From positions 1-42,082 of the forward strand of contig JAZNOD010000135.1 in NCBI GenBank assembly GCA_045580585.1: a DNA stretch of 42,082 nucleotides, given 5' to 3'. The translations under genes were made by a program, and so were the position numbers. How positions within the stretch are numbered: the stretch's first letter is position 1; each line of letters begins with the position of its first letter. The notes beneath the pieces were generated by a model, which saw only the letters and a program-made list of their open reading frames with translations, was not told where the DNA came from and made no database searches. Positions 11,180 to 19,569 of the stretch are shown one piece after another. Source of the stretch: Eubacteriales bacterium. GTDB lineage: Bacteria; Bacillota; Clostridia; Oscillospirales; CAG-272.

Positions 11180-12511
11180 ATGGTAAAAATCACATTTATC
11201 GGCGCAGGAAGCACTATTTTCGCCAAGAACGTGCTTGGCGACATCATGCTCACGCCGTCAGTTCACGATGCGGAAATCGCGCTTTACGACATCGATGCAA
11301 CACGTCTTGAAGACTCATATATCATGCTCACCGCACTTAACAAAAACATAAACGGCGGTGCAGCGACAATCAAAAAGTATCTCGGAGTTAAAAAGCGTAA
11401 AGACGCGCTCCGCGATGCCAAATTCGTTGTAAACGCAATTCAGGTCGGCGGATATGATCCGTGCACCATAACCGATTTTGAGATTCCGAAAAAATACGGG
11501 CTCCGACAGACTATCGGTGACACGCTCGGTATCGGCGGCATATTCAGGGCACTTCGCACGATCCCCGTGCTTGAGGAGATCGCTCACGAAATGGAAGAAG
11601 TCTGTCCGGATGCCTGGCTTCTCAACTACACCAACCCCATGGCGATGATCACGGGATATCTGCAGAAATATACAAAAATAAAGGTAATCGGTCTTTGCCA
11701 CAGCGTTCAGGTATGCGCATCGGGTATACTTAATAAGCTCGGACTCAGTCAGTATGTTGACAACTGCTCCACCACCATCGCCGGCATTAACCATATGGCG
11801 TGGCTTCTCGACATCCGTGATCTTGAAGGCAACGACCTTTATCCTGAAATACGCCGTCTTGCCGTGAATTTTGACAAAGAGCATCAAGACAAGGTACGCT
11901 TTGAATATATTCGACGCTTCGGTTACTACTGCACAGAGTCAAGCGAGCACAATGCGGAATACAATCCATTCTTCATTAAGTCGAAATATCCCTGGCTTAT
12001 CGAAAAATTCAGCATTCCGCTTGACGAGTATCCGCGTCGCTGTGTAGATCAGATCAAGGAGTGGGAAGATCAGAGAAAGCAGCTGGTTGAAAACAGCGAA
12101 TCCCTCACCCACGAGCGCACATATGAATACGCATCATACATCATAGATGCAATAGTGACCGACAAGCCCTATAAGATCGGCGGAAACGTACTCAACACGG
12201 GACTTATCGACAATCTTCCCTCCGAGGCGTGCGTTGAGGTTCCGTGCCTTGTTGACGGCAGTGGAATTACCCCTTGTCATGTCGGCAAGCTTCCCACACA
12301 GCTTGCGGCTATGAACGTCACAAACATAAATCCCCAGCTTCTCACAATAGAAGCCGCAAGAACCAGAAAGAAATCGAAGATATATCAGGCAGCAATGCTT
12401 GATCCGCATACTGCGGCAGAGCTGTCGATCGACGACATCATCGCAATGTGCGACGAGCTTATAGCGGCTCACGGCGATTGGCTGCCCGAATATATTGATG
12501 ACACTCTGTAA
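11180..12511 (+). CDS. Glycoside hydrolase family 4 (NAD+/Mn2+-dependent alpha-galactosidase/alpha-glucosidase type)
   Basis: 443 aa. N-terminal Rossmann motif KITFIGAGSTIFAKNVLGD and the GH4 motif GLCHSVQ. RBS AAAGGAG. Confidence 0.9.
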   Translation: MVKITFIGAGSTIFAKNVLGDIMLTPSVHDAEIALYDIDATRLEDSYIMLTALNKNINGGAATIKKYLGVKKRKDALRDAKFVVNAIQVGGYDPCTITDFEIPKKYGLRQTIGDTLGIGGIFRALRTIPVLEEIAHEMEEVCPDAWLLNYTNPMAMITGYLQKYTKIKVIGLCHSVQVCASGILNKLGLSQYVDNCSTTIAGINHMAWLLDIRDLEGNDLYPEIRRLAVNFDKEHQDKVRFEYIRRFGYYCTESSEHNAEYNPFFIKSKYPWLIEKFSIPLDEYPRRCVDQIKEWEDQRKQLVENSESLTHERTYEYASYIIDAIVTDKPYKIGGNVLNTGLIDNLPSEACVEVPCLVDGSGITPCHVGKLPTQLAAMNVTNINPQLLTIEAARTRKKSKIYQAAMLDPHTAAELSIDDIIAMCDELIAAHGDWLPEYIDDTL

Positions 12512-12529
12512 GCAATGTTCATATAGAAG

Positions 12530-12562
12530 AGGTGATGCACTGACATGCGTCACCTTTCTTTT
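12530..12562 (+). terminator. rho-independent terminator after the GH4 gene
   Basis: Stem aggtgatgca / tgcgtcacct (one G-U pair) followed by TTCTTTT. Confidence 0.65.
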
Positions 12563-12620
12563 ATGCATTTTGCGGTGCATTTTGCACTGCGAAATACGCA
12601 TGTTTTTCCATAATGTACTA

Positions 12621-12649
12621 TTGACATAAAATAAATTGTGTGATATAAT
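12621..12649 (+). promoter_or_regulatory. consensus sigma-A promoter of the aspS-gatCAB operon
   Basis: TTGACA (12621-12626), 17-nt spacer ending in TGTGA, TATAAT (12644-12649). Confidence 0.75.
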
Positions 12650-12655
12650 ATTACA

Positions 12656-12918
12656 TAGATTGTTGCAGTGACGAAGAGAGTAACGTCTGGCAAGCTTGCA
12701 GAGAGTCGTCGGCTGGTGTAAGACGGCAGTGAGCCACACGCGAAAAACACTTCCGAGCACGCGGAAGAACGCGGAGCATTTCCGTTAGTAGAACCGCACG
12801 TTGATCGCGTTAAGATTTAATTAAGGTGGACTCCACAAGCATTGCTTGTGCGTCAATTTGGGTGGTATCGCGGAAGCTGTCTTTCGTCCCATGTTTATGG
12901 GCGAGGACGGTTTTTTTG
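12656..12918 (+). promoter_or_regulatory. T-box leader riboswitch, probable Asn (AAC) specifier
   Basis: AGAGAG motifs; distal-loop GCTGGTG; candidate specifier GAAAAACA with AAC at 12746-12748 followed by A; T-box sequence AATTTGGGTGGTATCGCGG at 12855-12873; terminator hairpin plus a T7 run at 12885-12917, immediately upstream of aspS. Confidence 0.8.
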
Positions 12919-12963
12919 TTTCTTGTCCATTGCATCACCAAAATTTTATTGGAGGAACCTACC

Positions 12964-14739
12964 ATGTTAAGAACACACAACTGTAATGAGCTCACTAAAG
13001 CCAATATCGGCGAGCGTGTAACCCTCACCGGCTGGATCGACACAGTCCGCGACCACGGAGGTGTACTTTTCCTTGACCTTCGTGACCACTACGGCGTAAC
13101 ACAGATCGTCGTAAATGACGATAAAATGATCGCCGGCATGCCCAAGGAAACTGTTATCCTCGTTGAAGGAAACGTAACCGAAAGAGATGCCGAAACCGTA
13201 AACGCAAAAATTGCAACCGGTATGATCGAAGTACGTGCCGACAAGATCGAGGTTCTCGGTCCCTGCCAGCTCGGCCTTCCCTTTGAGATCGACGCTTCCA
13301 CCGAAACCCGCGAGGAAGTAAGACTCAAATATCGCTACCTCGACCTTAGAAACAGAAAGATACACGACAATATTGTTCTGCGCTCCAAGATACTTTCCTA
13401 TCTTCGCTCAGAGATGGAGGATATGGGATTTCTTGAGATCCAGACTCCCATACTCACCGCTTCCTCTCCCGAGGGTGCGCGTGACTATCTCGTTCCCAGC
13501 CGTAAGCACAAGGGCAAGTTCTACGCTCTTCCCCAGGCTCCCCAGCAGTTCAAGCAGCTTTTGATGGCGTCCGGCTTTGACCGTTACTTCCAGATTGCCC
13601 CCTGCTTCAGAGATGAGGATGCGCGTCAGGACAGATCTCCCGGAGAATTTTATCAGCTCGACTTCGAGATGTCCTTCGCAACACAGGAGGACGTATTCGC
13701 AGTTGCAGAGAAGGTTGTATACAACACCTTCAAGAAGTTCTCTGACAAGCCCGTATCCGAGCCGCCCTTCACACGCATCACATTTGCCGATGCAATGCTC
13801 AAATACGGTACTGACAAGCCCGACCTTCGTAACCCTCTTATCATAAAGGATCTCACAAACTTTTTCGCTACTCACGATTTCCTTGAGATCAACGGACGTA
13901 CCATTCCCTTTAAAAACAAGCTTGTTCGCGGTATCGTTGCAAACTATCTTGTTAAGAAGGACGGAGAGGGCGACGGCAAGAAGGCATTTGAAAAGGCTAT
14001 CGACGCATACTCTCGCAGTATCGGCATGAAGTTCGGCTGCGGATATATCACTCTTGAGGATGGAGAATTCAAGGGACCTATCGCGAAGTTCCTCTCCGAT
14101 GCGGAAAAGGCAGAGCTTGTGGAGCTTTGCGGCATCAAGGAGGGCGATTCCCTCTTCTTCATCAGCGACACTCCTGCAGTTATCAACTCTTTGGCAGGTC
14201 AGATGCGCACATGGATCGCAAATGAGCTCGGACTTATCAACAAGGACTCCTTCGAATTCTGCTTCATCGTTGACTTCCCGATGTATGAGCGCAATGAGGA
14301 AACCGGCAAGATCGACTTTACCCACAATCCCTTCTCTATGCCTCAGGGCGGAATGGATGCGCTTCTTAATAAAGATCCGCTTGAGATCTTCGCATATCAG
14401 TACGACATCGTCTGCAACGGCGTAGAGCTTTCGTCCGGTGCTGTCAGAAACCACAATCCCGAAATCATGAAGAAGGCATTTGAGATTGCGGGCTATGGCG
14501 AAGAGGATGTTAAGGCAAAGTTCGGCGCGCTTTACACCGCGTTCAGCTACGGTGCTCCTCCTCACGCAGGTATGGCTCCCGGCGTTGACAGAATGATCAT
14601 GCTTATCGCTGGCGAGGAAACTATCCGTGACGTAATCGCATTCCCGCTTAACGGAAACGCACAGGATCTCATGATGGGTGCTCCGAGCGAAGTCACCGAG
14701 CTTCAGCTCCGCGAAGTGCATATCAAGGTAAGAGATTAA
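12964..14739 (+). CDS. aspS: Aspartate--tRNA ligase, bacterial type (probably non-discriminating given the linked gatCAB)
   Basis: Start MLRTHNCNELT at ATG 12964 with a GGAGG RBS. The ORF-track start at 12826 runs through the T-box leader. Class II aaRS motifs are present (FRDEDARQDRSPEF, GAPPHAGMAPGVDR). Confidence 0.95.
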   Translation: MLRTHNCNELTKANIGERVTLTGWIDTVRDHGGVLFLDLRDHYGVTQIVVNDDKMIAGMPKETVILVEGNVTERDAETVNAKIATGMIEVRADKIEVLGPCQLGLPFEIDASTETREEVRLKYRYLDLRNRKIHDNIVLRSKILSYLRSEMEDMGFLEIQTPILTASSPEGARDYLVPSRKHKGKFYALPQAPQQFKQLLMASGFDRYFQIAPCFRDEDARQDRSPGEFYQLDFEMSFATQEDVFAVAEKVVYNTFKKFSDKPVSEPPFTRITFADAMLKYGTDKPDLRNPLIIKDLTNFFATHDFLEINGRTIPFKNKLVRGIVANYLVKKDGEGDGKKAFEKAIDAYSRSIGMKFGCGYITLEDGEFKGPIAKFLSDAEKAELVELCGIKEGDSLFFISDTPAVINSLAGQMRTWIANELGLINKDSFEFCFIVDFPMYERNEETGKIDFTHNPFSMPQGGMDALLNKDPLEIFAYQYDIVCNGVELSSGAVRNHNPEIMKKAFEIAGYGEEDVKAKFGALYTAFSYGAPPHAGMAPGVDRMIMLIAGEETIRDVIAFPLNGNAQDLMMGAPSEVTELQLREVHIKVRD

Positions 14740-14988
14740 CCATAATATTCTTAAATAGGGATACGGTCGCTTTTTGAAAAAAGCTCCGCAAAAACTTTAT
14801 AGACGCTATCGCTTCATAGACATTGGGGCTAAACTTTAGTCCACACTCTCGGTAGTCGGGGCCCTGCCGATGCCCGCATCGGCATCCCAACAACCGTTTT
14901 GTGTAAAGATTTCGCCCAGCGACATCTTTGGCGTTTGATAAGCAAGCGATATGTGTTGTTCACTACACACACGAAAGGAATAAGATAT

Positions 14989-15279
14989 ATGCTTATAACC
15001 GATAAAGAATCCTTTATCCGTCTGCAAAAGCTCAACCAGCTGGCTCTTACAGAAGAAGAGTCTGCCGCAACCATTGCATTCTTCGAAGCAAGAAATGCAG
15101 AGATTGCCGCTATGGATGCTGTTGACACCGAAAATGTTGAGCGCATGGTGCACGTAATGCCTATGTTCACAGTTGTACGCGAGGATAAGGAGATCAAACT
15201 CTTCACACGTGACGAGCTTCAGAAGTCCGCGCCCGAGTCCTATGAGGGCTACTGGCAGGTACCTCGTCTGGTTGAATAA
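14989..15279 (+). CDS. gatC: Asp/Glu-tRNA amidotransferase subunit C
   Basis: 96 aa from the internal ATG (MLITDKESFIRLQKL...) with an AAAGGA RBS. The C-terminus ...LQKSAPESYEGYWQVPRLVE is typical of GatC. Confidence 0.85.
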   Translation: MLITDKESFIRLQKLNQLALTEEESAATIAFFEARNAEIAAMDAVDTENVERMVHVMPMFTVVREDKEIKLFTRDELQKSAPESYEGYWQVPRLVE

Positions 15280-15294
15280 TTAGGGGGAACTAAG

Positions 15295-16494
15295 ATGAAG
15301 CTTTATATTAACAAAAATGAGAGTGTGGCATCCTCGGCTGTTATACTTGACGATATGATGCTCACCACCGAGCTTCCCACCACCGCAGGCTCGAAAATGC
15401 TCGATGGCTACATGAGCCTTTTTGAAGCAGAAGCGGCAAAGAAGCTTAAAGCGGCAGGATATTCCATCTCCGGCAAGGCAAACGTCGGCGAGTTCGGAAT
15501 CGATCTGCTTGGCGAAACATCCTACTTCGGTGCCATCACCGATGAAAACGGAAATCTCACACTTGCATCTGCCGAGCTTCTCAAGAACGGCGAAGCTAAT
15601 GCAGCTGTGGGACTTGATGTAAACGGCGCACCGCGACGTGCGGCGGCACTCGGCGGTCTTGTTTATATCAAACCGACCTACGGTACTGTATCACGCTATG
15701 GAACGATTCCAGCAGCTTGCTCCGGTGAATGTGTCGGCGTTATGGCAAGCACCGTATCCGACTGTAAGCAGGTTCTTGGCTCTATCGTCGGTCACGACGA
15801 CAAGGACGGAACATCCCTTCCCGAAGAAAAGTGTGCGCTTGTTACAAACGGCGCGGCAAATCTTAAAAGAGCCGCTGTTATAAAGACATTCACAAAGGAT
15901 ATCGACGCTGCAACAGCTGAAAAAATCGCGTCGGCCAAGGCTTCGCTTGAATCTAACGGCGTAAGCGTTGACGAAATTGACTGCGATGTGCTTGCATTTG
16001 CGAAAACAGCATGGAGTGTTCTCATGTGTGCCGAGCTTTGCAACAACGTGTCGCGCTACGACGGCGTGAAGTACGGTCACAGAAGTGAAAACTACACCAC
16101 TATAGGTGAGCTTTACACAAACAGCCGTACAGAAGCATTTGGTGAGCTTACCAAAACCGCTATCCTCTACGGTTCTGAAACGCTTTCCGACGACAACTAC
16201 ATGCCTGTATACGACAAATCCATGCGTGTACGCCGCGTGATCGTTGAAGCGCTCGCAAAGCTTTTCGAGGAGTATGACGTTCTCATTCTCCCCGCATGCT
16301 CCAAGGCTGCATATACTGAGGCTGACACCAAGGCAAACAAGTATATCTCCTTTGATGAGGCACTCTACACAGCACCTGCTTCAATTTCCGGTATTCCTGC
16401 GGCTATAGCCGGCGGAGTACAGCTTCTCGGCAAGGCATTTTCCGAGAACACTCTCTTTGAAGTGGCAAAGATAATAACAAAGGAGGGCAAATAA
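15295..16494 (+). CDS. gatA: GatA-like amidotransferase subunit A homolog with a degenerate amidase signature (short, 399 aa)
   Basis: Lies between gatC and gatB. Clear GatA homology is visible (TTAGSKML, IKPTYGTVSRYG). The GGSSGGS...GGSIRQP signature instead reads GNLTLAS...NGAPRRA. Confidence 0.8.
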   Translation: MKLYINKNESVASSAVILDDMMLTTELPTTAGSKMLDGYMSLFEAEAAKKLKAAGYSISGKANVGEFGIDLLGETSYFGAITDENGNLTLASAELLKNGEANAAVGLDVNGAPRRAAALGGLVYIKPTYGTVSRYGTIPAACSGECVGVMASTVSDCKQVLGSIVGHDDKDGTSLPEEKCALVTNGAANLKRAAVIKTFTKDIDAATAEKIASAKASLESNGVSVDEIDCDVLAFAKTAWSVLMCAELCNNVSRYDGVKYGHRSENYTTIGELYTNSRTEAFGELTKTAILYGSETLSDDNYMPVYDKSMRVRRVIVEALAKLFEEYDVLILPACSKAAYTEADTKANKYISFDEALYTAPASISGIPAAIAGGVQLLGKAFSENTLFEVAKIITKEGK

Positions 16495-16495
16495 G

Positions 16496-17938
16496 ATGAG
16501 ATATGAAACCGTCATCGGTCTTGAGGTTCATGTAGAGCTTGCAACCGAGTCGAAAATATTCTGCTCCTGCTCCGCAAAGTTCGGCGGCGAACAGAACGAT
16601 CACGTTTGCCCTGCGTGCTGCGGAATGCCCGGCATGCTTCCCGTTGTAAACAAGCATGTTGTTGACCTCGGTATGACAGCCGGTATGATGCTTAACTGCC
16701 ATATCAACCGCACAACAACATTTGATAAAAAGAGCTACTACTATCCCGACCTTCCCTGCTCTTATCAGACAACCCAGTGGTTCGCTCCCGTCGCCGTTAA
16801 CGGCACCGTGGACATCGAAACCTCAAAGGGTAAGAAGTCTATCCGCATCAAGCAGATCCACATGGAAGAGGACGCGGGTAAGCTCGTTCACGATGACTGG
16901 ACCGACACCTCGCTCGTTGACTTCAACAGAACCAGCGTGCCGCTTATCGAGATAGTTTCCCAGCCCGACCTTTCAAGCGCAGAAGAAGTTATCGCTTATC
17001 TTGAGCGTCTGCGCTCCCTCCTCAGATTTGCAAAGGTTTCCGACTGCCGCATGGAGCAAGGCTCGATGAGATGCGACGTTAACCTTTCCGTTCGTCCCGA
17101 GGGCTCCGACAAGCTCGGTGTACGCACCGAGATGAAGAACATGAACTCCCTCACCGCTATCACCCGTGCCATCGAGTATGAGGTTGCACGTCACATCGAT
17201 GCACTTGAAAACGGCACAGAGGAGCTTGTTCAGGAAACACGCCGCTGGGATGACATCAAGGGCAAGTCCTACGCTATGCGTAACAAGGAAACAGCCGGTG
17301 ACTACCGCTACTTCCCCGATCCTAACATCATGCCCGTTGTTATTGACGACGAGTGGTATGATGGTATTAAAGCTTCACTTCCCGAGTTTCCCGAGATCAA
17401 GCGTGCTCGCTATACAGGCGAGCTTGGTCTTACAGAGTATGACGCAAACCTTCTCACCGAAAGCCGCGCATTCTGCGATGCTTTCGAAGCGGCACTTGCC
17501 GTATGCGGCTCGGCAAAGGAAGTTGCAAACTGGCTCATTTCCGACTGCATGAATCTTCTTAACCGCAAGCAGATGACCGTTGATGAACTGAATATCGACG
17601 GAAAGGCGCTCGGCGCGCTCATCAAGCTCTGCATGGACGGCACTGTTAACCGCGGCAACGCCAAGAAGATACTCAGCGTTATGTTCGACTCCGACACACC
17701 CATCGATCCTGCAAAGTATGCCGAGGAGAACGGATTTATCGTTTCCAACGACACCGGCAAAATGGATGAAGTTATCAAAGCAGCCGTTGCTGCTGATCCA
17801 AAAGCCGTAGCCGATTTCAAGGGCGGCAAGGAAAAGGCACTTCTCGCAATTTTCGGAAAGTGTATGAAGGAGCTTCGCGGCAACTGTGATCCGCAGATCC
17901 TTCGTGAAGCACTTCTTAAGTATATTGATAAGGTTTAA
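16496..17938 (+). CDS. gatB: Asp/Glu-tRNA amidotransferase subunit B
   Basis: 480 aa. The N-terminus MRYETVIGLEVHVELATESKIFCSC is canonical GatB. A YqeY-like tail is present. Confidence 0.95.
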   Translation: MRYETVIGLEVHVELATESKIFCSCSAKFGGEQNDHVCPACCGMPGMLPVVNKHVVDLGMTAGMMLNCHINRTTTFDKKSYYYPDLPCSYQTTQWFAPVAVNGTVDIETSKGKKSIRIKQIHMEEDAGKLVHDDWTDTSLVDFNRTSVPLIEIVSQPDLSSAEEVIAYLERLRSLLRFAKVSDCRMEQGSMRCDVNLSVRPEGSDKLGVRTEMKNMNSLTAITRAIEYEVARHIDALENGTEELVQETRRWDDIKGKSYAMRNKETAGDYRYFPDPNIMPVVIDDEWYDGIKASLPEFPEIKRARYTGELGLTEYDANLLTESRAFCDAFEAALAVCGSAKEVANWLISDCMNLLNRKQMTVDELNIDGKALGALIKLCMDGTVNRGNAKKILSVMFDSDTPIDPAKYAEENGFIVSNDTGKMDEVIKAAVAADPKAVADFKGGKEKALLAIFGKCMKELRGNCDPQILREALLKYIDKV

Positions 17939-17972
17939 TTTTAGGCGCAGCATAAGTTCTATTGAGGTATAA

Positions 17973-19532
17973 ATGAAAAAATTACGTCTTCTTTCTCTTT
18001 TAGTTGCAGTTATTATCATCTTTTCACTTGTTCCGATGAGCGCGGCGAACAAAACCGTATTTCGCACCTCGGCAAGTGAAGACAACTATGTTCAGTTCAC
18101 AATTTCTGGCAACACCTTAACCGTTGAGGGTAAAATCGTTTCCGAAGATCTTGCAAGCATTTGGATGCGTTCCAAGGAGATAACCAAGCTTAATGAATAC
18201 AGCAAGATCATTGACGCAAAAAGCGGTGAATATTTCCGCGAAACGCTCTCACTCGCAGGCATTTCCGAGCCCACAAACATCACCTTGTATACAAGAAAGT
18301 CCACTGATGAGGCTAATCGCTTCTGGGGATTTATCTGGAAAGATGTTGTTGTTGAGCCGTCTGCTTCCGGATACCGTTTTGTCACATCAAGCATCGAGGC
18401 GCACAACCTTGATATGTACAATCACTGGGTTAATCCGGCGGATGAGCTTGGCGTAACCTCCGACAAGGTAAAGGCAGTGTCCGATGAGATATGCAAAGGA
18501 CTCACAAATAATCACGACAAGGTCTTTGCAATCTACAAGTGGGTTACTGAAAATCTTTACTACGACTACGACTACTACTACGGCAAGCGCGATCTTATTC
18601 ACTATAAAGCCGATGATGTCCTCGACTGTCATCTCACCGTGTGTGCAGGCTATGCCGACCTTTTAAAAGAGCTTCTTTGGGCACAGGGTATTCCTGCTAT
18701 GGAGGTTGACACCTATGCCGCAGGCATTAGTGTGGAAGATTTCGGCACTGCTGCTCCCGGCGCAACCGAGAGCAACCACGCTCACGTTGAAGCATGGGTA
18801 GACGGACACTGGATGATAATGGACGCAACATGGGATTCCAACAACAAATATGAAGACGGAATATTCATAACAAAGGCACCTTCTGACTATAAGTATTTTG
18901 ACATCAGCATCGACACCTTCTCATATGACCACAAAATATTGGTAAGAGATTCTGCCGCTCCCAAGGACACTCCTGCATCGTGGGCACAGCCCGAAGTGAT
19001 CGCCGCACTTGCAAACGATCTTGTTCCGGGTGAGCTCCAGCATGACTATGCGAGTGATATCAGCAGACACGATTTCTGCACACTTCTCATGAGTGCAATT
19101 TGTCATTATGAGGGAGTGGACACTATTGAGGAGTTGTTAAAACTCAAGGGAATCACCCTTAAGGCTTCCCCGTTTGTTGACGATAAGGGACTCGCTGTTA
19201 TCGCGGCAAATCTTCTCGGTATCGTAAACGGAACTGATGCTACACACTTTTCTCCCGATGCAAATATCAAGCGTCAGGAAGCAGCAACAATGATCCGTCG
19301 CGCAGCAACCGTGCTCGGCTTGCATGAGGGCACCGAAATAGCGAAGTTTGCGGACACAGCAAAGCTTCCCGCGTGGGCGCTTGACGGTATCAACTTCACA
19401 TCATCGCTTGTATCAGACCATGGTGCTCGCGTCATGGGCGGTGTGGGCAACAACAACTTCGACCCGAGCGGAACATTCACCGTTCAGCAGTCGATCCTCG
19501 CACTCTACCGTCTGTTTGACACACATCAGTAA
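17973..19532 (+). CDS. Secreted transglutaminase-like cysteine protease-fold protein with three C-terminal SLH repeats
   Basis: Signal peptide MKKLRLLSLLVAVIIIFSLVPMSAA. Transglutaminase core: Cys (TVCAGYADLL), His (HAHVEAWVDGHW), Asp (MDATWD). Three SLH-like repeats in the last ~190 aa. Confidence 0.8.
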   Translation: MKKLRLLSLLVAVIIIFSLVPMSAANKTVFRTSASEDNYVQFTISGNTLTVEGKIVSEDLASIWMRSKEITKLNEYSKIIDAKSGEYFRETLSLAGISEPTNITLYTRKSTDEANRFWGFIWKDVVVEPSASGYRFVTSSIEAHNLDMYNHWVNPADELGVTSDKVKAVSDEICKGLTNNHDKVFAIYKWVTENLYYDYDYYYGKRDLIHYKADDVLDCHLTVCAGYADLLKELLWAQGIPAMEVDTYAAGISVEDFGTAAPGATESNHAHVEAWVDGHWMIMDATWDSNNKYEDGIFITKAPSDYKYFDISIDTFSYDHKILVRDSAAPKDTPASWAQPEVIAALANDLVPGELQHDYASDISRHDFCTLLMSAICHYEGVDTIEELLKLKGITLKASPFVDDKGLAVIAANLLGIVNGTDATHFSPDANIKRQEAATMIRRAATVLGLHEGTEIAKFADTAKLPAWALDGINFTSSLVSDHGARVMGGVGNNNFDPSGTFTVQQSILALYRLFDTHQ

Positions 19533-19538
19533 AAGCAA

Positions 19539-19569
19539 AGCCTCACTCGAAAGAGTGAGGCTGTTTTTT
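19539..19569. terminator. bidirectional terminator between the transglutaminase gene and dinB
   Basis: Stem agcctcactc-gaaa-gagtgaggct with T/A runs on both sides. Confidence 0.75.

Noticed and set aside
12826-12963. ORF-track N-terminal extension of aspS (46 extra codons).
   Set aside because: The extension runs through the T-box sequence and its terminator. The ATG at 12964 has a GGAGG RBS and gives the canonical AspRS N-terminus.
13408-14721. A 437-aa ORF antisense to aspS.
   Set aside because: It lies entirely inside a strongly recognisable class II aaRS gene on the other strand. It has no start context and its sequence has no recognisable motif.
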